A stretch of DNA of 64,000 nucleotides, from NCBI GenBank assembly GCA_964641245.1, contig CAZXML010000002.1:10548-74547 (forward strand), in the 5' to 3' direction. A program made the position numbers and the translations under genes. Positions 19,381 through 28,204 of this stretch are shown here, piece after piece (position 1 is the stretch's first letter; every line of letters starts with the position of its first letter). This stretch comes from an uncultured Gammaproteobacteria bacterium. GTDB lineage: Bacteria > Patescibacteriota > Patescibacteriia > Magasanikbacterales > GWA2-37-8. The notes beneath the pieces are model-generated. The model did no database searches. It saw only the letters and a list, made by a program, of their open reading frames with translations, and was not told the DNA's origin.

Positions 19381-22300
19381 CTATACAACAATACTCACCA
19401 ATTTTCCTTTTACGTAAATTATTTTCTTCGGTTCTTTGCCGTCCAGCCATTTTTGGACTTTCTCACCGGCCAGCGCTAATTTTTTAATTTCCTCTTCCCC
19501 CATTTCCGCCGCCACTTTAATTTCATCACGGACCTTGCCGTTAATTTGCACGGCCAAAGTCATGGTGCTTTCTTTGGTCAGTTCCAAATTATATTCCGGC
19601 CATGGTTCGTATACCAGTGTTTTATTATTACCCAAAGTATTCCACAGTTCTTCGCACATGTGTGGGGCAAAGGGAGAAAGGATTTTGAGGAGTGAGGAGT
19701 AGTGAGTAAGGAGTATTGATTCCTGCTTGGACATTTCGTTTACCAATTCCATCATTTTAGCAATGGCGGTATTAAATCGCATGGCTTCGATATCATCTCC
19801 AACTTTTTGAATTGTTTGATGGAGCAGTGTAGTCAACTTGTCATTCTGAGGTGTAACCGAAGAATCCCTTTTGTCCGACAGAGAGGGATCCTTCACTTTG
19901 TTCAGGATGACAACGTTGCTGTCCGACAGTTTATCTTGCAACAGCCACACTCTATCCAAAAATCTTTTAACCCCAACTACTCCATTCGTATCCCACTCCA
20001 CCGCCTGATCAAACGGACCCATAAACATTATATATGTACGCAAAGCATCCGCGCCGAATTTTTCTACCATTTCGTCCGGATTGACAACGTTGCCTTTGGA
20101 CTTGGACATTTTTTCTCCGCCTTTGGACAGAATCATTCCGTGCGCCGTGCGTTTGGCGTATGGTTCGGAGTGCGGCACCAAACCAATGTCGTGCAAAAAG
20201 ATATTCCAAAAACGGGAATACAATAAATGCAAAACCACATGTTCCATTCCCCCGTTATACCAATCCACCGGCATCCAGTATTTTAATAATTCTTGATTCC
20301 AATAATTTTGATTTTTGATTTTTGATTTTTGACCTCCGAGCGCGTATGCAAGGTAATACCAGCTGGACCCGGCCCAGTTCGGCATGGTGTCGGTTTCTCG
20401 CTTGGCCGGACCGCCACACTTTGGGCATTTGGTATTAACCCATTTTTCCATTGCGGCCAGCGGCGATTCGCCCGTATCGGTAGGCTGATACTTTTTTACC
20501 TTTGGCAATTCTAAAGGCAATTCACTTTCCGGCAATGGAACCCAACCGCAATCCGGACAATTTACTAAAGGAATCGGTTCGCCCCAGTAGCGTTGGCGGG
20601 AAAATACCCAGTCGCGTAATTTGAATTGCACTTGCGGTTTACCGCCGACAAATTCAATAATCTCCGATTTTGCTTTTTTGGAATCCATTCCGCTAAACTG
20701 TCCGGAATTAACTAACTCGCCGGATTCGGTAAATACTTGCGTTCCGAAAATCTTATTAATATCTGTCGATTCTTTTAGAACCTGATCTTCCGGCAACAAT
20801 TCCCGTAGCGCGTCATACCCGCAATAACCCCAAGCGCAACCAATTAACTTTTTACGGTCCATAAAATTTTCCAACTCATAGACATCGGCCTTGGAGTCCG
20901 TAAAATAATAGACATCGCTCACTTTAATTCCCCAGTCTTTGCAAACCATTTCTATTTTTTCTTCTTTGGAATGATGGTCTTCAAAAGAAAGAACATGCGT
21001 CGGATTTAGACCGGTCTGCTGACTTCTCTCCCGCATATAAAGTCCGGACCCGGCGGAAATCACCGCAATTTTTGTATTTGGTATATTTTTTACCAGGCCG
21101 ACAAATTCATCAAACAGCGGAAAATTAATTTTTGCCATATGCTCGCCAAATTTTTGTGTCCATTCCAGATTTTTTTTCACTTCTTCTTCGGATAAATTAT
21201 GCCCTCTCGTATGATTAGGCTTCCTGCTAAAATACTGGTTAATTGACTCAACCGCTTCTTCTCTGTTTTTTACATCGCCCATTTTTAGTCTGGTCACAAT
21301 TGAAGCCTCGTACGTATCTCCAAGCACTCCATCAAAATCAAAAATTAAATACTTAGGTTTTTGTTCTTTGGAACGCACTACTTCCACAATCGGCAAACCA
21401 AATTTTTTGGCAAACTCATAATCACGCTCATCGTGCGCCGGCACGCCCATAATGGCGCCCGTGCCCACTTCGCCCAAAACATAATTTGTTATCCAAACCG
21501 GAACTTCTTTTTTTGTGGCCGGATTTACCGCTTTAACTCCGGCGTCCACTCCGGTTTTGGCCATTTCTTCTCTGGTGGTGGCGGCCGCGCGCTCGGCAAT
21601 TGTTTCTTCAATATATTTTTTAACTTCTTCACTTGCTTCCCAACCGCCATCCAGCCATTTTTTTGCCAACTCGGCCGAAATAGCGACAAAGGTCGCGCCA
21701 AAAATTGTGTCGGGACGGGTGGTAAAGACTTCGATGTCATTGCGAGGAGCCAAAGGCGACGCGGCAATCCCATTGTTAGTACCACCAGTACTTTGGGATT
21801 GCTTCGCTTTGCTCGCAATGACAAAATGAATAAGCGCGCCTTCCGAACGTCCAATCCAATTTTCCTGCTGTACCCGCGCGCGTTCTATATAGTCTACATT
21901 TTTGAGTCCGGCCAAAAGTTTATCGGCGTATTTGGTAATGGCCAGCATCCATTGTTCTTTATTTCTTTTTTCTACCGGTGTACCACAGCGTTCGCAGCAG
22001 CCGTTAACCACCTCTTCGTTGGCCAAACCAATTTTATCTTTGGGACACCAATTTATAGGCTGATTTTTTTTGTATGCCAGGCCATGTTTAAAAAATTGTA
22101 AAAAAAGCCACTGCGTCCATTTATAATATTTGGGATTAGAAGTATCTACAGTCCTGGACCAATCAAAACTATAACCCAACATTTTTAACTGGCGCGTAAA
22201 ATTGGCAATATTTTTCTTGGTGACTTCCGCCGGTTGCTTGCCGGTTTTAATAGCGTAATTTTCCGTAGGCAAACCAAAAGAATCAAAACCAATCGGAAAC

Positions 22301-22521
22301 AAAACATTTTTGCCGTCCATTCTTTTTTTTCGGGAAATTACATCCATGGCCGTAAAAGGCCGCGGATGGCCCACGTGCAAACCCTCGCCACTAGGGTAAG
22401 GAAATTCTATCAGCGAATAAAACTTTTCCTTGTCTTTATCTTCTGTAACTTCAAAAGTCTTATGGCTCTCCCAATACTTTTGCCATTTCTTTTCTATTAA
22501 CTTAGGATTATACTTTTTCAT
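19381..22521 (-). CDS. leuS: Leucine--tRNA ligase with inserted HAD-like domain and two palindromic inserts
   Basis: FPYPSGEGLHVGH, TTRPDT, GTGAIMGVPAHD, KMSKS. Confidence 0.98.
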   Translation of the reverse strand: MKKYNPKLIEKKWQKYWESHKTFEVTEDKDKEKFYSLIEFPYPSGEGLHVGHPRPFTAMDVISRKKRMDGKNVLFPIGFDSFGLPTENYAIKTGKQPAEVTKKNIANFTRQLKMLGYSFDWSRTVDTSNPKYYKWTQWLFLQFFKHGLAYKKNQPINWCPKDKIGLANEEVVNGCCERCGTPVEKRNKEQWMLAITKYADKLLAGLKNVDYIERARVQQENWIGRSEGALIHFVIASKAKQSQSTGGTNNGIAASPLAPRNDIEVFTTRPDTIFGATFVAISAELAKKWLDGGWEASEEVKKYIEETIAERAAATTREEMAKTGVDAGVKAVNPATKKEVPVWITNYVLGEVGTGAIMGVPAHDERDYEFAKKFGLPIVEVVRSKEQKPKYLIFDFDGVLGDTYEASIVTRLKMGDVKNREEAVESINQYFSRKPNHTRGHNLSEEEVKKNLEWTQKFGEHMAKINFPLFDEFVGLVKNIPNTKIAVISAGSGLYMRERSQQTGLNPTHVLSFEDHHSKEEKIEMVCKDWGIKVSDVYYFTDSKADVYELENFMDRKKLIGCAWGYCGYDALRELLPEDQVLKESTDINKIFGTQVFTESGELVNSGQFSGMDSKKAKSEIIEFVGGKPQVQFKLRDWVFSRQRYWGEPIPLVNCPDCGWVPLPESELPLELPKVKKYQPTDTGESPLAAMEKWVNTKCPKCGGPAKRETDTMPNWAGSSWYYLAYALGGQKSKIKNQNYWNQELLKYWMPVDWYNGGMEHVVLHLLYSRFWNIFLHDIGLVPHSEPYAKRTAHGMILSKGGEKMSKSKGNVVNPDEMVEKFGADALRTYIMFMGPFDQAVEWDTNGVVGVKRFLDRVWLLQDKLSDSNVVILNKVKDPSLSDKRDSSVTPQNDKLTTLLHQTIQKVGDDIEAMRFNTAIAKMMELVNEMSKQESILLTHYSSLLKILSPFAPHMCEELWNTLGNNKTLVYEPWPEYNLELTKESTMTLAVQINGKVRDEIKVAAEMGEEEIKKLALAGEKVQKWLDGKEPKKIIYVKGKLVSIVV
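19839..19912. repeat. Family B element, in frame in leuS
   Basis: Encodes VILNKVKDPSLSDKRDSSVTPQND. Confidence 0.88.
21735..21823. repeat. Family C element, in frame in leuS
   Basis: Encodes VIASKAKQSQSTGGTNNGIAASPLAPRND. Confidence 0.9.
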
Positions 22522-22542
22522 AAAATTCGCTCGGTGCCGTGG

Positions 22543-22629
22543 CCTCCCTCCCCTACAAGGGGAGGAATAGAGGGTGAGGTTTGGTTTAACAAAACCCCCT
22601 CCACCGTCCTCCCCCTTATAGGGGGAGGA
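22543..22629. repeat. Family D element upstream of leuS
   Basis: cctccctcccctacaaggggagg...cctcccccttatagggggagg. Confidence 0.75.
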
Positions 22630-22769
22630 AAATAAAGAAGGAATTAGTCTTATTAGTATAATTAGTATTCAATAAATAATCAAGATAAAAAAATAACGGA
22701 TTCAATGATAGAGAAAGGTTTGATCACTCGCTCCTCATTAAATCCGTCTAATTGCCTATTAATGAGCGC

Positions 22770-22958
22770 TCAGTCAAGATTATCTATTAGCACAAGGAAA
22801 TCATTTACAAGCTGCCTGTACTTGTCCATTTCGGTGAGTTTGCCTGGGTCGAAATATTTCGCGGCCAACTTCTCGGCTTTCTCACGCTTTTTTCTAACGA
22901 TAAAATGCCCTAGATTAATGGCCGCTTGATCTGCCTCTTCGTCTTTACGATTCGTCAT
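22770..22958 (-). CDS. Small hypothetical protein
   Basis: AAGGAGG Shine-Dalgarno about 7 nt before the ATG. Confidence 0.5.
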   Translation of the reverse strand: MTNRKDEEADQAAINLGHFIVRKKREKAEKLAAKYFDPGKLTEMDKYRQLVNDFLVLIDNLD

Positions 22959-23063
22959 GACTAGGCCTCCTTAATTTTTATCATACACTACTAACAATTA
23001 AAAATCAAAAGACAGGCTCTTCACCTGTCTCGTGCTTTATGAACTTTATAGACTTTACGGACT

Positions 23064-23390
23064 TTATGGACTCAACTGTTTCTCCATCATCGCCTGCAGT
23101 TTTTCTTTTGGCACTCCGCCCACCATCTGATCTACCACTTCGCCATTTTTAAACACCATAAAAGAAGGAATACTCATTACATTATATCTGGCCGCGATAT
23201 CTCCGTTTTCATCCACATTAAGTTTGCCGATTTTAATATTTTTGCCTTCGTATTTTTTGGCCAAGTCATCTACAATCGGGCCCATCATTTGGCAAGGACC
23301 GCACCAAGCCGCCCAAAAATCCACAAACACGGGCGCGCCTGATTTTAAAACTTCTTCGTTAAAATTTGCGTCGGTAAAAGTTTGTTCCAT
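23064..23390 (-). CDS. trxA: Thioredoxin
   Basis: DFWAAWCGPC. Confidence 0.96.
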   Translation of the reverse strand: MEQTFTDANFNEEVLKSGAPVFVDFWAAWCGPCQMMGPIVDDLAKKYEGKNIKIGKLNVDENGDIAARYNVMSIPSFMVFKNGEVVDQMVGGVPKEKLQAMMEKQLSP

Positions 23391-23407
23391 AAACAAAATA
23401 TAAAATT

Positions 23408-23473
23408 AAGAAATAAGGAAATAAGGAAATTTAACGAAACAGTTTCTTAATTTCCTAATTTCTCAATTTCTTA
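23408..23473. repeat. Inverted dyad of 9-mer tandem repeats (GAAATAAGG-like)
   Basis: aagaaataaggaaataaggaaattt...tttcttaatttcctaatttctcaatttctt. Confidence 0.65.
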
Positions 23474-25486
23474 TTCTAGGATCAACTTCTTCTCCTTTTC
23501 TTCTTCCACGAAAGCTTCCAGCACATCGCCGACTTCCAATTTTAATTTTCCGTCAAATTGCAAACCGCCTTCGTTTCCTTCCGGCAATTCGTTAACTGTT
23601 TGCTTTCCGGATTGCAGTTGAGGAATTTTTCCCATACCAACCACTTCTCCGTTACGGCGCACGCGCGCCTGGGCGTCTTTTTTTAATTTACCGTCTTCCA
23701 CCCGGCCGCCCACAATCATGCTATTTTTGGTGGTGCGGAAAATATTGGAGACGCGCATTTTGCCGAGTTCAATAATAATTTTTTCCGGATTAAGCAGTTT
23801 CTTTAGTTCCGCTTTTACAAAATCCAGTAGGTTATAGATTACACTAAATTGCAAAAATTGTATATTTTTATCCTGAATCATGTTTTGCGCGGTGGTGGCG
23901 GGAGTTACATTGAAGCCGAAAATTATGGCGTGAGCGGTTTCCGCTTTAGCCACATCATCGGCGGTAATATTTCCTAAACCCTTGCCGATTATCCGCACTC
24001 CCACTTCATCATTTTTTATTTTTTCTAAAGAACCGATTATCGCTTCCAGCGAACCCAAAGTATCGGTTTTAATCACCAGATTTAAAACTTTCTTTTTTTC
24101 TTCTTCTTCCACATCGGCGGAAGCGGAAATAACTTTTTTCTCGGCGCCGGATTGTTTATTTCTTTTTTCTTTTAAATTAATGCCGGTGGCTGTGGCCGCG
24201 CTGCCCACATCCAAAATATCTCCGACTTGCGGGGCAACTTTAAAACCTAAAATTCGGACCGGACAACTTGGCCCCGCTTCTTTTAAATTTTCTCCCTTAT
24301 AATTTTTCATGGCGCGCACTTTGCCGTAAATTTCGCCGTTCACAACTAGCGGATCATTTAATTTTAAAGTTCCGGTTTGCACCAACACTGTGGCGACCGG
24401 CCCTTCGCCTTTGTCTACGTGCGCTTCGATGACCGTACCCGCGGCCGCTCTGTCCGGATTGGCTTTTATTTCTTCCGCGTGCACATCGGCCACCAATAAT
24501 AAAACATCTAAAAGTTTATCTATATTTAAATTTTGTTTGGCGGAAATTTCTACCATCGGCACTTCCCCGCCCCACTCTTCGGCTTGAATTCCGTGTTGAG
24601 ATAAATCCGCGCGCACTTTTTTGGCATCGGCGCCTTCTTTATCTATTTTATTTATCGCCACTACCACCGGCAATTTAACCGCTTTAATAATATTTATTGC
24701 TTCTATGGTTTGCGGTTTCACACTATCATCCGCGGCCACCACCAACACGGCAATATCGGCCACTTTAGCGCCACGCCCACGCATAACCGTAAAGGCTTCG
24801 TGGCCCGGAGTGTCTATAAAAGTAATGGGAGATTTTTCTTTTGTTTTTGGATTTGTCCAAACCACTTGGTACGCGCCAATGTGCTGGGTAATACCGCCGG
24901 CTTCCTGGCCCATCACATTTGCACTTCGGATAGAATCCAGCAATTTTGTTTTTCCGTGGTCTACGTGCCCCATCACTACTATAATAGGAGGACGCGCCAC
25001 CACGGCATCATCGGTTAAAATATTTTCTAAATTATCTACATGTTCGGTGGATTCCTCTTTTGCTTCTGTTTGTGTTTCCGCGATGGAAAACCCTAAATCC
25101 TGCGCCACCAGCACCGCTGTATCATGATCTATATTTTCATTTTGAGTAGCTAGAATTCCGTTCTTCATGAATTCCATTATTAGTCTTGTAACCGGCACCT
25201 GCAATAAATCCGCCAGTTCGCGGACGGTAATTTTGTTTGGAAGCGAGACGCTAACACCGCTACTTTGGCGCGCTTCTTTTTCCAGTTCTTTTTGTTTTTC
25301 TTTTTCTCTTTGTTCTTTTTCTTCTATTTGAGATTTAATCCGTTTCCACTGCCGGATTATCTGTTGCGCCACCCGGTCGTCTACTTTTATAGACTTCGCG
25401 CCCACATCAAAACCAAACTCCGGCAAAATTTGCAAAAGTTTTTGAGGGTGGATTTTGAGTTGTCGGGCTAGTTCGGAGACGTTCAT
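23471..25486 (-). CDS. infB: Translation initiation factor IF-2
   Basis: [20 protein letters not shown]. Confidence 0.98.
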   Translation of the reverse strand: MNVSELARQLKIHPQKLLQILPEFGFDVGAKSIKVDDRVAQQIIRQWKRIKSQIEEKEQREKEKQKELEKEARQSSGVSVSLPNKITVRELADLLQVPVTRLIMEFMKNGILATQNENIDHDTAVLVAQDLGFSIAETQTEAKEESTEHVDNLENILTDDAVVARPPIIVVMGHVDHGKTKLLDSIRSANVMGQEAGGITQHIGAYQVVWTNPKTKEKSPITFIDTPGHEAFTVMRGRGAKVADIAVLVVAADDSVKPQTIEAINIIKAVKLPVVVAINKIDKEGADAKKVRADLSQHGIQAEEWGGEVPMVEISAKQNLNIDKLLDVLLLVADVHAEEIKANPDRAAAGTVIEAHVDKGEGPVATVLVQTGTLKLNDPLVVNGEIYGKVRAMKNYKGENLKEAGPSCPVRILGFKVAPQVGDILDVGSAATATGINLKEKRNKQSGAEKKVISASADVEEEEKKKVLNLVIKTDTLGSLEAIIGSLEKIKNDEVGVRIIGKGLGNITADDVAKAETAHAIIFGFNVTPATTAQNMIQDKNIQFLQFSVIYNLLDFVKAELKKLLNPEKIIIELGKMRVSNIFRTTKNSMIVGGRVEDGKLKKDAQARVRRNGEVVGMGKIPQLQSGKQTVNELPEGNEGGLQFDGKLKLEVGDVLEAFVEEEKEKKLILE

Positions 25487-25503
25487 ATGTTTAAGTATTC
25501 AAT

Positions 25504-25532
25504 ATTATACTGCATTAAAATCCATAAGTCAA
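25504..25532 (-). promoter_or_regulatory. Sigma70 promoter for infB
   Basis: TTGACT-17-TATAAT on the minus strand. Confidence 0.7.
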
Positions 25533-25541
25533 TTAGAAACC

Positions 25542-25570
25542 TTGACAAAATACAAAAAATACCCTATAAT
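25542..25570 (+). promoter_or_regulatory. Perfect consensus sigma70 promoter
   Basis: TTGACA-17-TATAAT. Confidence 0.8.
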
Positions 25571-25616
25571 CCTCTCTAGTTAGAGGATTGTCCTCTAGAA
25601 ATGGAGAGTCGGGAAA

Positions 25617-25967
25617 ATGGAAAAGATGGCGAGGTCAAACGGCACCACGAAGCGCGGAACGCACCACCAGCCGGAGATCGTCACCCAGATCATGTTGTGC
25701 CGCAAAGACCAGCTACCCGCCTGCCAAGACCGACTGGTGGAAGTCGTCTACCACGGAGGATCTCTGTACTCCAGCTGGCACATCTTTACCAAAATGCGCC
25801 GGCAGTTCCAGAAAAAGTTCGGCCACCCCATTCCGGGGGTCACCGACACCTACGAAGGTCCAGTGCGAACCAGGTTGAATGTCAACCAGTTCATCGATGG
25901 TTCAGCCGGAGAGGAGCTCTGGTGGGTTTTCATCCGCATCGTGCTCAAGGACGAAATCGTTCACTAG
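25617..25967 (+). CDS. Hypothetical protein (GC-richer than flanks)
   Basis: Downstream of the consensus promoter, GGAG upstream; most protein-like of three overlapping frames. Confidence 0.55.
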   Translation: MEKMARSNGTTKRGTHHQPEIVTQIMLCRKDQLPACQDRLVEVVYHGGSLYSSWHIFTKMRRQFQKKFGHPIPGVTDTYEGPVRTRLNVNQFIDGSAGEELWWVFIRIVLKDEIVH

Positions 25968-26098
25968 CTCCTTCCTACACCCAGCCAAAGAACTGCCGCC
26001 CGGCGGTTCTTATTACTTATCCACACCCTCTAAATCTTTACAAAACATTCTTTTTATAATACAATCTGGTTCATCAAACAACCTTGAGGGGGTGGAAA

Positions 26099-26434
26099 AT
26101 GAAAAAACTCGTCAAAAAAATTGCGATTGTGCTGATGAATGAAACTCGGTATCAAGAACGAGAAGATTTTTTCCATCACATAATTAAGCGGCTACAAACT
26201 CACCGGTGCACCCCTGTCCCCGGCTTCTACTTCAAAGACAACTCACCCACCATTGAAGCCGTGTTTGATGTTGGTATTTTTGTAGAATCAGTTTTAGATA
26301 AAAACGATGGACTTGTCCAAATTACCATTGTCTGCCGCGCCCTACATCTTCGGGTTGAAGATCTGTGCCAATATTTACCGCCCAGTTCCGTGCCAAAACT
26401 TCTGGCCAAAATAGCCGGCCAGCCGAATTCTTAA
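26099..26434 (+). CDS. Hypothetical protein
   Basis: G-rich RBS before MKKLVKK; followed by a terminator hairpin. Confidence 0.55.
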   Translation: MKKLVKKIAIVLMNETRYQEREDFFHHIIKRLQTHRCTPVPGFYFKDNSPTIEAVFDVGIFVESVLDKNDGLVQITIVCRALHLRVEDLCQYLPPSSVPKLLAKIAGQPNS

Positions 26435-26472
26435 GCTGCTCTTTATATCATCATATCATCGGCCAACAGTCA

Positions 26473-26498
26473 AAGAACCCCGACCTAGTCGGGGTCTT
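26473..26498 (+). terminator. Intrinsic terminator
   Basis: ccccgac-cta-gtcgggg then tcttgttatttat. Confidence 0.6.
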
Positions 26499-26576
26499 GT
26501 TATTTATACGAAATTAACGCACAATGATACAGTGTCGCATTTCAATGGACGTTACGCGGCATGATTTCGTTAAATC

Positions 26577-27560
26577 ATGGAAAATTTTTTACTCATAAAT
26601 AAACCGGAGGGCTGGACCAGTTTTGACGTGGTTGGTTTTGTGCGGAAAAAATTGATGAACGAACAGGCCAATTCACCCCTACCCCGCGCGTCGTCGTCAA
26701 AGCCTTTGGCGACGTACGACCCAAGCGGGGAGTTAACGAAACGAATTGAAAAACAAAAGCGAATTAAAGTCGGCCACGCCGGCACTCTGGATCCTTTTGC
26801 TACGGGACTTTTAATTGTCGGTGTTGGGCGCGAGGCCACAAAAAAACTGGATGAATTTAAAATGATGCCCAAAACTTATGTGGCTACGATTAAGCTGGGC
26901 GAAGTTTCGGATACGTTTGATCGCACCGGACACATCACAATTTGTCATCCTGAATTTATTTACAAGTCGAGCGAGAGAAGAGTAAATTTATTTACTCTTC
27001 CGAGCGAGCGACGTAAATATGTATTAAACTATATTTCAGGATCTGTCGACAAGATGCTGAAACAAGTTCAGCATGACAATAAACAAATACCGGAACTAAA
27101 ACAAATAAAAGAAGTCATAAAATCATTCACCGGCAAGCAAAAACAAATCCCGCCGATGTTTTCGGCTAAAAAAATAAACGGCCAGCGTTTGTATGATTTG
27201 GCCAGAAAAGGAATTACTGTGGAAAGGCAACCAAATGAAATAGAAATTTATGACATTAAAATATTAGACTATCCCGATTTCGGTGCGACCGAAATCGCGG
27301 ATCCTCGATTTTGTCCCGATTCCGCTTTGGTGCGGAATCGTGGATCCTCGATTTTCCGCGAAGGAAAATCGGGACAAAATCGGGACACTTGGCCTTTTTT
27401 GAAAATTGAAGTACAATGTTCAGCAGGTACCTACATCCGTTCTCTGGCCGATGATATAGGGAGGAAGCTGGAAACTGGAGCTTATTGCGACCAGTTGGTG
27501 CGCACTAAAATTGGAGAATACACACTAGATAAAGCGCTTAATATTAATAATTTAATCTAA
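26577..27560 (+). CDS. truB: tRNA pseudouridine(55) synthase with three in-frame palindromic inserts
   Basis: KVGHAGTLDPFATG, QIPPMFSAKK, CSAGTYIRSLA. Confidence 0.95.
   Translation: MENFLLINKPEGWTSFDVVGFVRKKLMNEQANSPLPRASSSKPLATYDPSGELTKRIEKQKRIKVGHAGTLDPFATGLLIVGVGREATKKLDEFKMMPKTYVATIKLGEVSDTFDRTGHITICHPEFIYKSSERRVNLFTLPSERRKYVLNYISGSVDKMLKQVQHDNKQIPELKQIKEVIKSFTGKQKQIPPMFSAKKINGQRLYDLARKGITVERQPNEIEIYDIKILDYPDFGATEIADPRFCPDSALVRNRGSSIFREGKSGQNRDTWPFLKIEVQCSAGTYIRSLADDIGRKLETGAYCDQLVRTKIGEYTLDKALNINNLI
26943..27078. repeat. Family A element with a family G element nested in its left arm, in frame in truB
   Basis: tgtcatcctgaatt-TATTT-[insert]-TATTT-caggatct...agatgctgaaacaagttcagcatgaca. 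Confidence 0.88.
27272..27385 (+). repeat. Family E element with a second family E copy (27313-27375) nested in its loop, in frame in truB
   Basis: tcccgat..atcgcggatcctcgatttt[gtcccgat..atcgtggatcctcgatttt..aaaatcgggac]aaaatcggga. Confidence 0.85.
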
Positions 27561-27564
27561 AAGT

Positions 27565-27792
27565 ATGCCAAAACCAAAACAAGAAGCTACACTCGATCCG
27601 TGGATTATTGAAGAAATAAAAAGGAAGAAGCAGGAGAAAGAAGAGAGAGAAAGAGAAAAACAACCGCAAATTGACCTGCCGGAAAACGATATGCCCTACC
27701 ATGACCCCGAAGAAAGAAGAAGATGGGAAGAAGAGGAAGAACGAAAGAGAAAAGATAGTCCGGGAGGCGTAGAAAAAATAGATTTGCTCTAA
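27565..27792 (+). CDS. Small charged hypothetical protein
   Basis: 75-aa ORF 4 bp after truB; LDPWIIEEI. Confidence 0.65.
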   Translation: MPKPKQEATLDPWIIEEIKRKKQEKEEREREKQPQIDLPENDMPYHDPEERRRWEEEEERKRKDSPGGVEKIDLL

Positions 27793-27793
27793 T

Positions 27794-27822
27794 TTGACAA
27801 AGTCATCCAAAAATGATACTAT
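27794..27822 (+). promoter_or_regulatory. Sigma70 promoter for the putative 6S RNA/rny
   Basis: TTGACA-17-TACTAT. Confidence 0.7.
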
Positions 27823-27844
27823 TTAATTAGCCTAACTAATTAAT

Positions 27845-28114
27845 TGATTTTTGAGTACTTACCTTTTAAGAAGAATCCGAAAAGATTGCGATTCGTTGAA
27901 CAGCAAGTCCTACACTAAAATTATGCTAATTAAACAGCAAAACGACCTCCGCATCGACACACTTTCCCAAACCGAGGAGTAGTTTTTTTGTCCCGATTTT
28001 GACTTAGGTCAAAATCGAGGATGCTCGATTTTGCGCCAAAGCAAAATCGGCATAAACATAATTTCTAATTAGCAGGATTTCTTCTTGAATTTACAAGGTA
28101 ATGACCAAAAGTCA
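27845..28114 (+). ncRNA. ssrS: Probable 6S RNA (long rod with internal bubble), carrying a family E insert
   Basis: ttacctt/aaggtaa, aagaagaatcc/ggatttcttctt and tgctaatt/aattagca long-range pairings; own promoter; directly upstream of rny. Confidence 0.55.
27989..28052 (+). repeat. Family E element
   Basis: tgtcccgattttgac..gtcaaaatcgaggatgctcgattttgc..gcaaaatcggca. Confidence 0.85.
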
Positions 28115-28133
28115 TGTATATTTTTGGTATAAT

Positions 28134-28194
28134 CGAAGTGAGTGAGCGAAATATTCAGCTTGCTGATATATTTCCGAGCGAACGAGATTATATG
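28134..28194 (+). repeat. Family G element upstream of rny
   Basis: cgaagtgagtgagcgaa[hairpin]ttccgagcgaacgagattatatg. Confidence 0.75.
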
Positions 28195-28204
28195 TATTAC
28201 CTAT

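Noticed and set aside
20745-21360. Intein in LeuRS (and in DnaE at 47745)
   Set aside because: No N-terminal C/S block, no C-terminal HN-C/S/T and no LAGLIDADG motifs; inserts are HAD-like or repeat-derived.
21361-22101. 246-aa antisense ORF and other shadow ORFs opposite groEL, infB, dnaE, pheS and the MmeI-like gene
   Set aside because: Fully antisense to well-supported genes, with no recognisable motifs.
22522-22700. T-box riboswitch upstream of leuS
   Set aside because: No T-box consensus (AAGGTGGYACC-like) seen; the hairpins are a family D element.
25588-26059. Alternative frames 25588..25878 and 25601..26059
   Set aside because: Arg/Pro/Ser/His-rich composition typical of off-frame GC-rich DNA; 25617..25967 preferred, though not proven.
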